Source: Candidatus Omnitrophota bacterium (lineage in GTDB: Bacteria > Omnitrophota > Gorgyraeia > Zapsychrales > Aceulaceae). From it: a DNA stretch of 64,000 nt. Made by a program: the position numbers and the translations under genes. Numbering within the stretch: position 1 is the stretch's first letter; each line of letters begins with the position of its first letter. The stretch covers positions 163,640-227,639 of the forward strand of contig JAKQPK010000023.1 in the NCBI GenBank assembly GCA_029564765.1, read 5' to 3'. The notes below the pieces were generated by a model. It did not search any database. It was not told the DNA's origin and saw only the letters and a program-made list of their open reading frames with translations. Positions 46,149 through 56,556 of this stretch are shown piece after piece.

Positions 46149-47499
46149 TTAAATGCCACTCAAGACGACATTGATTCCAAATAAACAAAATTATTGGAAA
46201 TATTATTAAGTTAATCGCCAAATAACCAAGGGCGATGTTAATAATAGAAGAATATTTTCCTAGTAAAAAGGCAGCTCCTCCCACAGCCAACCCGCCAGCA
46301 ATAGACACAAGGAAAATAGGCTCTTTTTTATGAGCTCTCATATACACAGAAAAAGGAAGAGACAACATCGTCGTCACTTGCGCTATTAAAAATATTGTCG
46401 TTGGCAATAGCGGCAATATCCGAGAAGAAAATGGATGGTTAATTTTATTAAGAAAATACACTCCAAGCCATACCGCTAGTGCGCCAGACACTGTTATGGT
46501 AATAAATATTTTTATTATCTTCCAAAACAAAATATCAAGCTCCACATATCTTTTTTCAGCAATCAACATCCCAAACTTTGGAGCTTTTGGAAAAATCCAC
46601 GAGCCAGAAACTGTAGCAACCATGCTTGCTATGCTCCAGGTCATGCCAAACTGACCAGCAACTATTGATCCATGATAACGAAAAATTATTGGTGTAAAGA
46701 TTGAAAAAATAAAATAGCCGCTAATCCAACTAAGCGCTATCCTCCATTGCATTGGAAAAATTTCTTTTCTCCAGTTTATTTGATCGCCAGGAATATTATT
46801 AAAAAAAAGGCTTTTTATAAAATTAAGATATTTAAATCCTAGAAAAAATATTGACCAAAACAACACCATCATAGTCGAAATAGATGCTGTCCAGAGTTTT
46901 GCTCCTAACAAAATTGCTATCCAAATAGATAAACTAGAAATAATTCCTTGAAAAAAACGAAAGAAATATACATCAGCTACTTGATTACATCCTTCAAGCA
47001 AAGACCAGGCAGGAACAAAGAATAGAATGCCCGCAGTAAAAAAACACAAGGAAAACCATGGGCCCACCCAATTTATATCAATGCTACTACTAGAATTCTG
47101 AAAAAAAATGTAACCACCTAGGCCTAGTCCCAAAGCAACAATCAGTGCTCCAACCGCATACCATTTAGAAGTAATATTAGCCAGACTTCTGAGTCGCGAA
47201 AGGGCATTCTTGTCTCCAATGATGCTTCCATCCTCGCTGATCTTTAATTTAGACCACTCATGACTTGCAAACTGTATAACAACAATACCCAGCCCTAATT
47301 CCACAAAAACCTGTAAAGCTAAAAGGCTGGCAAAAGTGTAATAATACCCTTGCAGTTCCGGAGAAAATTTAGAAGCAATAAGTAAAATGGTTACCGGCGC
47401 AAAAATAACGCTCCAAAGCCTTGCCAGTAATCCAAAAAAGACTGCTCTGTCGACTTCAAGTTTGTGCAATATCTTCGTCAAAAGAGCAACAAATGCCAT
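46135..47499 (-). CDS. Polysaccharide flippase-like membrane protein (Wzx / MOP superfamily)
   Basis: 454 aa with about 12-14 TM helices. The N- and C-terminal halves are duplicated-looking, as is typical of Wzx flippases. Confidence 0.5.
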   Translation of the reverse strand: MAFVALLTKILHKLEVDRAVFFGLLARLWSVIFAPVTILLIASKFSPELQGYYYTFASLLALQVFVELGLGIVVIQFASHEWSKLKISEDGSIIGDKNALSRLRSLANITSKWYAVGALIVALGLGLGGYIFFQNSSSSIDINWVGPWFSLCFFTAGILFFVPAWSLLEGCNQVADVYFFRFFQGIISSLSIWIAILLGAKLWTASISTMMVLFWSIFFLGFKYLNFIKSLFFNNIPGDQINWRKEIFPMQWRIALSWISGYFIFSIFTPIIFRYHGSIVAGQFGMTWSIASMVATVSGSWIFPKAPKFGMLIAEKRYVELDILFWKIIKIFITITVSGALAVWLGVYFLNKINHPFSSRILPLLPTTIFLIAQVTTMLSLPFSVYMRAHKKEPIFLVSIAGGLAVGGAAFLLGKYSSIINIALGYLAINLIIFPIILFIWNQCRLEWHLNGIQ

Positions 47500-47501
47500 C
47501 G

Positions 47502-48554
47502 CTATAGATCTCCTGCAATGTTAAGAATAACACGTCCAATGGCTAGATTCTCAAGTCTAGCCAATCCTTTGTCAATATCTGCAAGAGGAAAACTTTGGTC
47601 AATAAGTTTTGTTAGACCAAGCTTTTCTGAAAGAAATAAATCAGCATATAACGGAATGTCTGCGTCCGGTCTTGCCTCTCCTCCCCAGGTGCCGATGATT
47701 CGCTTGCCCCTAATCAGGTCAAATGGATCAATATGTATCGTTTCACCTTTTGGTAAATTTCCGGCAATGACACACAAGCCGCCGTTGTCGCAAACTGACC
47801 TGAACGCCATCTCCATGGATTCCTTTTTACCAGCAGACTCAATTGAATAGTCTACCCCGCGCCCACCCGTAATTTTCATAATGATGTCAAGGACGTCTTC
47901 CTTTTTGATATTCACAGTATGTGTCGCTGCGAGTGATCGCGCGAATGCGAGCTTATCATCAGATACATCGACAGCAATAATTTGGCCAGCTTCTTTCATT
48001 TTGGCAGCCAATAAAGCACTTGAGCCTATGCCGCCAATACCGAAGATCGCGATACTCTTGCCTTGCGCGAGTTTCATCGTATTTATGACGATCCCGGCTC
48101 CCGTTGGAGCGGCACAACCCAAAAGCGCTGCTTCTTTTAAAGGCATTCGCCTATCGATCGCGACAAGCCGGTTTTCAGAAACAACAGCATATTCCATAAA
48201 AGTAGAAATAGCGCCGGAATTGACAATGCTCCCATCTCTTGTTCGGTACTGGGTTGACGGAACATCTATCCCGCTTCCCTTGATCCAAGTCAGCACCACA
48301 TGATCGTCTACTTTAACCTTTTGCACATCCGGCCCCACATCAACAACGACACCGGATCCCTCATGGCCTAAGGTATGCGGCAAGAATTTGTCCTCGCCTT
48401 TTAAACCCTTTATTTCATTAAGTTGAGTATGACAGATCCCACTGTAAGCGATCTTGATCAAAGCCTGGCCTCTTTTTAGTTCAGGAATAAGGAGTTCCGT
48501 GATCTGAAGTGGTTGACCGATCTGCCTTAAAACAGCTGCTTTTGTGGTTTTCAT
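47502..48554 (-). CDS. Zinc-dependent alcohol dehydrogenase (MDR family)
   Basis: GICHTQ provides the catalytic Zn ligands, with GHEGSGVV and the Rossmann motif GIGGIGSS. I place the start at the internal MKTTKAAV (48554), immediately after the NUDIX stop. The longest ORF would start at 48596. Confidence 0.8.
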   Translation of the reverse strand: MKTTKAAVLRQIGQPLQITELLIPELKRGQALIKIAYSGICHTQLNEIKGLKGEDKFLPHTLGHEGSGVVVDVGPDVQKVKVDDHVVLTWIKGSGIDVPSTQYRTRDGSIVNSGAISTFMEYAVVSENRLVAIDRRMPLKEAALLGCAAPTGAGIVINTMKLAQGKSIAIFGIGGIGSSALLAAKMKEAGQIIAVDVSDDKLAFARSLAATHTVNIKKEDVLDIIMKITGGRGVDYSIESAGKKESMEMAFRSVCDNGGLCVIAGNLPKGETIHIDPFDLIRGKRIIGTWGGEARPDADIPLYADLFLSEKLGLTKLIDQSFPLADIDKGLARLENLAIGRVILNIAGDL

Positions 48555-48555
48555 A

Positions 48556-49005
48556 TCAAGACACAACCTCTCTTTGATATCTATCAAGCGTGACATGCAT
48601 TACAGGCGGCATCTTTAATTTCTTAGTTTCAAGATAAGAAAACATCCCTGCGCCCTGGCCTTCCATTACTTTATGGGCATGCCAAACGCTCGTAACATCA
48701 ACGGTAAAAAACCAGCTTCTTATTTTCTGGCCTTCATTTTCATCAATATAGTCAATGAGCCACAAATATTCAAAACGCTCTGGCTGGATCAACAATTCTT
48801 CAGAAAGCTCTCTTTTCATGCTTGCCAGAGGGGTTTCGTGTTCGCCAAGCATCCCGCCAAACAGGGTCCATTGACCCGGAGCAGAAATGCCGGGCTTATT
48901 ATCTCTTAGTTGTAAGACATATTTCTTATTGAACAAAAGAATGGCATGGGATGACTGTAGAAACAACAAGCTTCTCTTTTCTGCGAATTTTCCCTTAATC
49001 AGCAT
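48556..49005 (-). CDS. NUDIX hydrolase
   Basis: The Nudix box reads GGMLGEHETPLASMKRELSEELLI (GX5EX7REUXEEXGU). Confidence 0.7.
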   Translation of the reverse strand: MLIKGKFAEKRSLLFLQSSHAILLFNKKYVLQLRDNKPGISAPGQWTLFGGMLGEHETPLASMKRELSEELLIQPERFEYLWLIDYIDENEGQKIRSWFFTVDVTSVWHAHKVMEGQGAGMFSYLETKKLKMPPVMHVTLDRYQREVVS

Positions 49006-49020
49006 AGCTTTACTTAATTT

Positions 49021-50808
49021 TTACGGCATTTTGATTGATTCTAAGCATGGCTTTATGATCATATTTCTCAGAAACTCTTTTCTATTCAATAAAGGCTCCA
49101 AATCTTCATTCGGCCTGCCATATTTTACCTGAGGAATAACTCTGTGCTCAGAGCTAATATGAACATTGCAAAAAACAGGACCTTTTTTCTTAAAAACCCT
49201 TTGAACGCATTCTTCTAGATCAGAGTTTCTTGACACGTCTAATGTATGGAAACCATAAGATCGAGCTATTTTAGAAAAATTGATTTCTGGCAATCCACCC
49301 TTCACTGAAGAAGCAACATAGCAGGAACCCAGCCACTGATCTTGGGTTTGCCTGATCATGCTGTATCCATCATTGTTTACAAGAAAGATCTTTATCGGTA
49401 GCTGGTGTCTTATGATCGTAGCTAGCTCTTGCAAGTTCATATGCAAACTTCCATCTCCTGTTACGCATATAATCGAAGCTCTATCCTTTGCAAAAGACGC
49501 GCCTATGCTTGCAGGTAGTGCCCAGCCCATCGCAGTGTTATTCCAATCATGGAAAAGACGTTGATCCTTTTTAAATTCAAAACCTTGCATCATCCAAGCT
49601 AAGCAACAGCCAGTATCAACAACAAGGTGATCCCCATTTTTGCACTTACGTGAAAGTGTTTTAACAAAAACATACGGATTTATTTTTTTCTCACCACAAT
49701 ATCTGGATGGACAAATGGGATATGCGGACTTCCATGTTGATATCTGCCTGAACCAGGCTGAAATATTTTTCTTCTTCACCCTTTGAATCTTGGCATTCAA
49801 TTTCTGAAGAAATACTTTTGCATCACAATGTATGAGCACGTCTACATCTAAGTTGAATCTTTTGAACTTACCTAACTCATTTTTATCAATATCAACGATT
49901 ATTTTCTTTGCCCCACGCGCAAATGTGCTGATCGGGCTTCCCGTTGCTTTTGTGTCTAATCTAGACCCTATAGATAAAATAAGATCGGCATTCTGAACAG
50001 CAAAATTCGCATAACGAGTGCCGTGAGTGCCAAAGGTGCCAATAGAACATGCATGGCGTGAAGGCAAAATATCAGCTACGGCCCATGTAGGAGCAAAAGG
50101 TAATTTTTGCTTATTAATAAATCTTTTTGCTTCTCTAATAGCCCCGGCCAAACGCACGCCTCCGCCCAAGATCACAACTGGCCGATCGGCGCAACTAAGC
50201 ATCTTTATACAAGAATCAATTTGCTTATCAATCAAAGCAGGAATATTCTTTTTACAAGGAGCAACAAAACCCTTGAGTTTCTTTGGGTCAACAGCAGCTC
50301 TCTGTAAATTATCAGGAATATCAACAAGCACTGGACCGGGCCTACCGTCTTTTGCCAAATAACACGCTTTTTCTAATTCATAGCGGATATCTTTTTCATT
50401 ACGGATCTGAACAGAATAATTTGTCACATGCCTAAACATCGCAATGACATCTGTCTCTTGAAAACCGATCTGCCGAACCCCCGTATCTTTTTTTTGCCTA
50501 AAGGTGGCGACTTGACCAGTAATATACAAGACTGGGATCGAATCATAGTACGCCGAACAAATGCCTGTCAGAAGATTTGTGGCACCTGGCCCACTCGTGG
50601 CGATGGCTGCTCCTAAATTGCCTGTTACTCGCGCATAGGCGTCAGCAGCCATAGCCCCTGCCTGCTCATGTTGCGGGCAAACATACTCTATCCCTTGAGT
50701 CTTTGCGATGGAATCTATAAGGTGTGCTGCAGCTCCCCCTGTTACAGCAAAAACATGCCGTATCCCTTGTTCTGCTAAAAATTTCGCTACATAATCTGAA
50801 AGCTTCAT
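49021..50808 (-). CDS. Thiamine-diphosphate-dependent enzyme of the acetolactate-synthase / YerE-like family
   Basis: The N-terminal Pyr domain reads VFAVTGGAAAHLIDSI...GPGATNLLTGI. A central domain follows, and the C-terminal PP domain carries GDGSLHMNLQELATI. I place the start at MKLSDY (50808), which abuts the upstream methyltransferase stop. Confidence 0.85.
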   Translation of the reverse strand: MKLSDYVAKFLAEQGIRHVFAVTGGAAAHLIDSIAKTQGIEYVCPQHEQAGAMAADAYARVTGNLGAAIATSGPGATNLLTGICSAYYDSIPVLYITGQVATFRQKKDTGVRQIGFQETDVIAMFRHVTNYSVQIRNEKDIRYELEKACYLAKDGRPGPVLVDIPDNLQRAAVDPKKLKGFVAPCKKNIPALIDKQIDSCIKMLSCADRPVVILGGGVRLAGAIREAKRFINKQKLPFAPTWAVADILPSRHACSIGTFGTHGTRYANFAVQNADLILSIGSRLDTKATGSPISTFARGAKKIIVDIDKNELGKFKRFNLDVDVLIHCDAKVFLQKLNAKIQRVKKKNISAWFRQISTWKSAYPICPSRYCGEKKINPYVFVKTLSRKCKNGDHLVVDTGCCLAWMMQGFEFKKDQRLFHDWNNTAMGWALPASIGASFAKDRASIICVTGDGSLHMNLQELATIIRHQLPIKIFLVNNDGYSMIRQTQDQWLGSCYVASSVKGGLPEINFSKIARSYGFHTLDVSRNSDLEECVQRVFKKKGPVFCNVHISSEHRVIPQVKYGRPNEDLEPLLNRKEFLRNMIIKPCLESIKMP

Positions 50809-51506
50809 ATCTTCTTCCTTAAGGAAGGAAGCAGTCCTGAGCCTATTGCCCAAATATAATGACACATTGGCGCGTATCCAGTGTGGAGGACTTCGTCGTT
50901 CATCCCAAACATAAATACATTTTCAAAATATTTTTCCATCAGATCACGCAAACTTTTACTACTTTTAAGATTAATGTGCTGTACTCTGCTTCTTGAGGTG
51001 GCATGCGCAGAAGCAGTAATGTTGGGAGTCCCAATTATCAAAACTCCTCCAGGTTTAAGGCATTTAATAATATTGTCCAAAAATATTTTCTCTTTTTTCG
51101 GCTCTAAATGCTCAATAACATCAATGAGGAATATTCCGTCCACTACCACTCCAGGAGAGTCCTTATTTAAATCCACATACAAATATTCAACGTTCTTAAG
51201 ATGCGCAAGTCTTTTGGCATTGCCTTGAAGAAGTCTCTCATCCCAATCGCAAGCATACACTTTCTTTGCAGCCTGGGCCATGATGGGGAGGCCGAACCCG
51301 TCACCGGATCCAACTTCCATAACGCTCCTCTTCCCTTCAAGCATTTTCGCGCAGAATTTATATCTAGCTAAAACGAAACACATATGCTTAGGGTCATTGA
51401 CCAAACTGTACGATGTCCATGGCCCCATTTTCAATTCTGGAGTATTAAATTGATATTCTGTACCTTCACGATAGGCTTTTCTTGCACATTTATTAGAAGT
51501 ACGCAA
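50805..51506 (-). CDS. Class I SAM-dependent methyltransferase
   Basis: SAM motif I is VMEVGSGDGFGLPIM, motif II is KVYACDWDE, and the post-I region is VLIIGTPN. Confidence 0.7.
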   Translation of the reverse strand: MRTSNKCARKAYREGTEYQFNTPELKMGPWTSYSLVNDPKHMCFVLARYKFCAKMLEGKRSVMEVGSGDGFGLPIMAQAAKKVYACDWDERLLQGNAKRLAHLKNVEYLYVDLNKDSPGVVVDGIFLIDVIEHLEPKKEKIFLDNIIKCLKPGGVLIIGTPNITASAHATSRSRVQHINLKSSKSLRDLMEKYFENVFMFGMNDEVLHTGYAPMCHYIWAIGSGLLPSLRKKI

Positions 51507-51525
51507 TTTTATCTCCTTTAAATTA

Positions 51526-52353
51526 TTAAATATTCTTATAACGTCTTAGCTTAAATTTATTTTTATCTTTGTATAGCTGTTCCTTGAACTTCATGCCTTT
51601 TTCGCGCCAAGGATCATGGACAACGGAAAAATTCCTCCCACCGACCACATCACGCCCCTGAGCCATGCACCAATTAATACAATCATAAATATCTTCATAA
51701 CTCGTGCCCGATTTCTTCGATCTTAAAAATTCAATGGTCTTGTTATAGCTTCGCCCTGAAGCAGCCCTATGTTCTAGCGTCTGATCGTGAATTTTAGTCC
51801 TAACCCATCCAGGGCCTAAGATAAAAACATTGAGATCAGGATTCTCGTCGTCAAGAAGTTCACACGCCTTTATCAACATAATTTTAGAGGCACAGTAAGC
51901 GGAATAATTAGTAAATGGGTTGTTTGTTCCACCTCCTGCAAAGAAAACAACATGGCAGGGCTTCCTTTGGCGCCTGTAGGGATAAATTTCATGTAAAAAA
52001 CGAAGCTGTGCGACAGAGTTTACGTTTACAGATCTTTCCCACTGATCAAAATTACAACCAAAAAATCTACCTATAGGCTCCATGGATCCCACGCAAGAAA
52101 TAAAAATATCCCACGGTTGGCTTAACTCTTTATATCTATTCACACATTTTCTTATATCGGCTTTATTTCCAACATCACATTTTAAAAGATGAACACCTCG
52201 AGCATCTAAAAGAGATCTCACGCTAGCCGTGTTTCTGTATGCACCCACAACATTATATCCCTGCTTGCAATAACGTTCGGCCAACGCTTTTCCAATATCA
52301 CTACCTATACCAAGGACAAAAACATTCTTTTCTCTTGATCTTTTACTAGGCAT
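51526..52353 (-). CDS. Short-chain dehydrogenase/reductase (SDR)
   Basis: VFVLGIGSDIGKALAERY is the TGxxxGxG-type Rossmann motif, and YCASK is the YxxxK pair. Confidence 0.7.
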   Translation of the reverse strand: MPSKRSREKNVFVLGIGSDIGKALAERYCKQGYNVVGAYRNTASVRSLLDARGVHLLKCDVGNKADIRKCVNRYKELSQPWDIFISCVGSMEPIGRFFGCNFDQWERSVNVNSVAQLRFLHEIYPYRRQRKPCHVVFFAGGGTNNPFTNYSAYCASKIMLIKACELLDDENPDLNVFILGPGWVRTKIHDQTLEHRAASGRSYNKTIEFLRSKKSGTSYEDIYDCINWCMAQGRDVVGGRNFSVVHDPWREKGMKFKEQLYKDKNKFKLRRYKNI

Positions 52354-52356
52354 ATT

Positions 52357-53841
52357 TTATGCTTCCTGAGACTGCATTATGTTTTTGACCCTGCTATTAA
52401 CACCTAAATTTCTTCTAGTATTTATGCGCCAATCTTCTAATTCTTTCAAAGTTATACCATTCATTTTCGCAATCTTTTCTTTTCTTTCATCCGAAGAAAA
52501 ATTTATCCTATCCCACTCAAAAGATCTCAGAACTTCTAACTCAAAAGGAGTAAACTCGTTAGTTGAAATAAGTCCTTTTCCATAACCAGAATATTTGGAA
52601 ATATTTTTTATATAATCATCAGGTAAAAATTTATTGCTCAAACAAATATCCATTAATTCTGTTTTTGGAAGAGGCGTCGCTATATGAAAATTTACTATAT
52701 CAACACTGAGCTTCTCTGCGTACCTAAACGTATCTCTTATCTGATCCCATGTTTCTCCAGGAAAACCAATAATAAAGTTCGCAATTATTTCAAAGCCAAT
52801 GGATTTAGCAAGATCGAGTTTTGCAGGAATCTTGTCTAATCTAATCGGCTTTTTCACTATTTTCGTAAGAACGTCCTGGTTTCCGGATTCAATGGAAACG
52901 GTTATATGCGTACATCCACTTTTATACATAAGTCTTAATATTTCTTCATCGAGCAACCATGCAGTAACATTAACGCATTTCCATGTGAGACCTTTATGGC
53001 CTTTTAAGATTCCTTTCATTATTTCCATGGCTCTTTTTTTGTCTGCCAAAAAATGATCGTCGAGGAATATGACTTCTCGAATGCCTTGATTATACAAAAT
53101 ATCAATTTCTTTAAGCACGTTTTCTGCGCTTCTAAACCTTACTTGTTTTCCGCTTACCGTCCTGCCTGCACAAAAAATACACCTATAAGGACAGCCTCTT
53201 GAAGTAATAGTAACTGCCGAAGGATAATTTCTTGCTAACAAGCCAGGAGCGTATTTGAATTTAATATTTCCATAGTCTTGCAAAGTAGCTCCAACGACAG
53301 AGGAGTAATCAGGAAAAGGTATTTCGTCAAGATCATCTATGAATTCTATTTTATTTACGACTGGTGTCTCGCCTTGCCAGTAAGCCAATCCGCTAATACC
53401 AAGGAGGTCCTTAGTCCCTTTGCTTAGCCTATTAACAAGAAGAGGGAAAGAGCGCTCTGCTTCCCCCGCAACCCAGTAATCAACGTTCCTATCTTTCATT
53501 GCTTCTTCAAGCATAACTGTAGGAATAACACCTCCTAAGACAATTACTGCACTGGGCAGATATTTTCGAACAAGAGCTATCGCGTGCTGGGTAACATTAA
53601 AATATTCTGTCGAGATAGAGCTAATCCCCACTAAATCAGGATTTATTTCTTTGAGAAGAGCCGACATTTTCCTCTCGGAAAGATTTCGAAAATTAGGATC
53701 GAGAACAACAGTTTCTGCCTGCTCTTTAATTATTGCGCTCAAAAGACATAGAGTGTATGGTGGAAATTGCCATGTTCTTTTTGAAAGCCAGGCATAATTA
53801 GGCTGAGTTAAAAGTATCTTCTTTATTTTTCTCAACTGCAT
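52357..53841 (-). CDS. Cobalamin-binding radical SAM enzyme (class B radical SAM; likely a C-methyltransferase)
   Basis: An N-terminal B12-binding domain is followed by the radical SAM cluster motif CPYRCIFC (CxxxCxxC). I place the start at the internal M (MQLRKIKK, 53841), which abuts the E1beta stop. Confidence 0.85.
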   Translation of the reverse strand: MQLRKIKKILLTQPNYAWLSKRTWQFPPYTLCLLSAIIKEQAETVVLDPNFRNLSERKMSALLKEINPDLVGISSISTEYFNVTQHAIALVRKYLPSAVIVLGGVIPTVMLEEAMKDRNVDYWVAGEAERSFPLLVNRLSKGTKDLLGISGLAYWQGETPVVNKIEFIDDLDEIPFPDYSSVVGATLQDYGNIKFKYAPGLLARNYPSAVTITSRGCPYRCIFCAGRTVSGKQVRFRSAENVLKEIDILYNQGIREVIFLDDHFLADKKRAMEIMKGILKGHKGLTWKCVNVTAWLLDEEILRLMYKSGCTHITVSIESGNQDVLTKIVKKPIRLDKIPAKLDLAKSIGFEIIANFIIGFPGETWDQIRDTFRYAEKLSVDIVNFHIATPLPKTELMDICLSNKFLPDDYIKNISKYSGYGKGLISTNEFTPFELEVLRSFEWDRINFSSDERKEKIAKMNGITLKELEDWRINTRRNLGVNSRVKNIMQSQEA

Positions 53842-53842
53842 T

Positions 53843-54904
53843 TTAAAACGGCCCCTTAAACCAATCTCCCGGAACATCGTGAGGGCAGGCAGATTTGTTA
53901 TTCAAATCCTCAAATGGAATATCTTTGCGAAGCATCTGCCCGATAGCCTTCACGATATCTTCTGCTCCTTTATAAAAAACCTTTGTTAAGGTCGGGCTTG
54001 TGGGAGTCGGGACATCGGCAAGCGCTATGCGTCGCGGAGCACCCTTAAGAGAGCTAAACAACTCCATGCTGACCCGCGCTACGATCTCACTTGCAACAGA
54101 ACATGTTTCGTTGCCTGTATCAAGAACGAGTAGGCGTCCGGTCTTTTTGACCGATGAAAAGATCGTTTTCCAGTCTAAAGGGCACAGTGTTCGCAGATCA
54201 ACGACATCGCACTCCACGCCATTCTTGCTTAACACCTTAACGGCTTGCAGAGCTTCTATGGTCATATATGATGAGGCCACGATCGTAGCCGCGTCCCCAT
54301 GCCTTAAGACCTTGGCCTGGCCTAAGGCCACACGAAAATCACCTGCCGGGACATGGCCCTCAACATTGTGCAGCCAACGCTGTTCTAAAAAAATAACAGG
54401 ATTTGGATCAAAAATGCTGGACAGCAAAAGACCTTTGGCATCTGAAGCCGTCGCCGGAGCGACAACTTTAAGCCCAGGAATATGCGCAAACCAAGCCTGG
54501 AGATTTTGTGAATGTGTCGGCCCCTGCCCCCAGCCGCGCCCTAAGATCAATCGGATCGTAATTGGAACAGAATGTTTTCCTCCAAACATATAGTGCCACT
54601 TTGCCGCGTTGTTCACAAGCTGATCCATTGCCAAGAGAAAAAAATCCAGCCGTTGGTGTGTCATAACAGGACGAATGCCGTTTAAAGCAGCCCCGATCGC
54701 GATACCGGTCATAGAATTCTCAGAGGTTGGCATATCAAAGACGCGTTCAGGCCCAAAATTTTCCCTCAAACCCAGCGTTGTCCCAAAAACACCCTTAGGA
54801 TCATCTGTTCCAAGGCCATAACAGATCACATTCTTATCTTTTTGCATAGCAACATGCAATGCCTCGTTGACCGCGCGAAAGAATTTTAGATTACGCTTCT
54901 GCAT
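53843..54904 (-). CDS. TPP-dependent dehydrogenase E1 component, beta subunit (transketolase-like Pyr and C-terminal domains)
   Basis: 353 aa. The sequence ICYGLGTDDP...FDMPTSENSMTGIAIGAALNGIRPV is typical of the PDH/acetoin-DH E1beta family. Confidence 0.85.
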   Translation of the reverse strand: MQKRNLKFFRAVNEALHVAMQKDKNVICYGLGTDDPKGVFGTTLGLRENFGPERVFDMPTSENSMTGIAIGAALNGIRPVMTHQRLDFFLLAMDQLVNNAAKWHYMFGGKHSVPITIRLILGRGWGQGPTHSQNLQAWFAHIPGLKVVAPATASDAKGLLLSSIFDPNPVIFLEQRWLHNVEGHVPAGDFRVALGQAKVLRHGDAATIVASSYMTIEALQAVKVLSKNGVECDVVDLRTLCPLDWKTIFSSVKKTGRLLVLDTGNETCSVASEIVARVSMELFSSLKGAPRRIALADVPTPTSPTLTKVFYKGAEDIVKAIGQMLRKDIPFEDLNNKSACPHDVPGDWFKGPF

Positions 54905-54916
54905 ACTGCCTCTTAA

Positions 54917-55888
54917 TTAAGCAAAAACATCCTTTGTTAATTCGCTTGCATCTGGAAAAGGTGACTTTTCAGCAAAATCAAAAGCCTTCGCGACCTGCCG
55001 GCTAATATCCCGCTCCACCCGCTCGATGTCTGCTTTTGATAGATCCTTTCGGCGTAAAAGTTTCTGCTCAAGCCGCAAAACAGGATCACGCTTCTTCCAC
55101 TCTAGATATTCCTGGTTCGTACGATACCCCAGATCGTTATCAAAAAGCGGGCCGCAGTGCTCTCTCCAGCGATAGGTCGAGAACTCGAAGAAGTATGGCC
55201 CTTTTCCTTGGCGGATACGGCGCAACGCGCGAGAAACCTTTTGGTAGATGCTTTCCGCGTCATTGCCGTCACCTTGTTCAGCAGGGCAACCGATCGCTTT
55301 CGCTAATGTATAGATCGCCCTTTTAGAAGGTTGGCGAACCTTGAGTGGAGAATAGACAGAGTATAAATTATTTTCACAAATAAAAAGAACCGGTAGTTTC
55401 TTGAGAACAGCAAAATTGACCGATTCATAGAACATACCTTCTTCGCTGGCGCCATCGCCAAAGAAAGCGCATGATACTTGATCCGTGCCGTGCAGGCGAA
55501 TGGACAGCCCTAATCCCACACCAACAGGGATCGTGCCGCCAACGATCGCGGTGCTTCCCATGAACCCAACACTCTTATCGACAAGGTGCATCGATCCACC
55601 CTTACCCAAAGAACAGCCCGTCGCCTTGCCATAAATTTCTGCCATCATCGCGTTCAAATTTCCGCCCTTGCCAAGATAGTGGCCATGCGAACGATGTGTG
55701 CTTACGACAAAGTCGTCCTGTCGCAAGGCTAAGCCGACCGCGGCGGAGATCGCCTCTTGTCCGGTGCACAAATGTGTTGGACAGCGCATTTTGCTCTCAG
55801 AATACCGCACGGCAATGGTTTCTTCAACCATGCGGATGAACTTCATGCGCTTCCATACATTTAACAAGATCTTATTCTTTTTATTCAT
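54917..55888 (-). CDS. TPP-dependent dehydrogenase E1 component, alpha subunit
   Basis: The TPP-binding region reads GDGASEEGMFYESVNFA, and the E1alpha core HRSHGHYLGKGG is present. I place the start at the internal MNKKNK (55888). The longest ORF would start at 55954 and overlap the methyltransferase gene. Confidence 0.8.
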   Translation of the reverse strand: MNKKNKILLNVWKRMKFIRMVEETIAVRYSESKMRCPTHLCTGQEAISAAVGLALRQDDFVVSTHRSHGHYLGKGGNLNAMMAEIYGKATGCSLGKGGSMHLVDKSVGFMGSTAIVGGTIPVGVGLGLSIRLHGTDQVSCAFFGDGASEEGMFYESVNFAVLKKLPVLFICENNLYSVYSPLKVRQPSKRAIYTLAKAIGCPAEQGDGNDAESIYQKVSRALRRIRQGKGPYFFEFSTYRWREHCGPLFDNDLGYRTNQEYLEWKKRDPVLRLEQKLLRRKDLSKADIERVERDISRQVAKAFDFAEKSPFPDASELTKDVFA

Positions 55889-55893
55889 CGCTT

Positions 55894-56556
55894 TTAAGGA
55901 ATGAACCAGTAATGATCGCCGGTGTATCCAACCTCGACAAAAAACTTTTTCCAATCATCCACATGCATCATGGTCTTGGCCGTCAAATTCCATGCTTCCA
56001 TGGCCACGCGTTCTTCATCATTGCGATAAGCGTCAACAGTGATAAAGCTTCTACCGCGGCTAACGCGCTCGATCTCTTGCAAGGCTTGGGCACACTCATC
56101 GCGCTCAAGATTGTGGATCGTATTGATCGAGATCACAACATCATAGGACTTGTCTTTGAAAGGTAGGCTTTTCGCGTCGGCCACCATGACAAATGGCTTC
56201 ATATCCTCAATGGCATGGACGATCGCGTACTCTGAGATATCAATGCCTTTTACGGTGATACCGGGAATAGCTTCGTTAAGGTCGTGTAACATAAAACCCT
56301 TGCCACAGCCCACATCTAAAACAGAACTGTTTTGTGTTAATCCAAAATGCTCTTTAAATGTCGGGATCACCGGCTGCCAAAAACGAGGATTGTAGTTGAA
56401 GCCTCCGTAACCATGGCGACGGTCCCCATCAAAGAATTCTTTACCGAATTGGCGGGCAATGGCGCGATCCTCGGCGGTTTTTGAGGCGCCCCGATCCTTC
56501 ACGTCACGCTTTGTCTTTGGATAATTTACCAGAAGGTCAATTTCTTGCCCCATCAC
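55894..56556 (-). CDS. Class I SAM-dependent methyltransferase
   Basis: SAM motif I reads VLDVGCGKGFMLHDL. Confidence 0.7.
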   Translation of the reverse strand: MMGQEIDLLVNYPKTKRDVKDRGASKTAEDRAIARQFGKEFFDGDRRHGYGGFNYNPRFWQPVIPTFKEHFGLTQNSSVLDVGCGKGFMLHDLNEAIPGITVKGIDISEYAIVHAIEDMKPFVMVADAKSLPFKDKSYDVVISINTIHNLERDECAQALQEIERVSRGRSFITVDAYRNDEERVAMEAWNLTAKTMMHVDDWKKFFVEVGYTGDHYWFIP

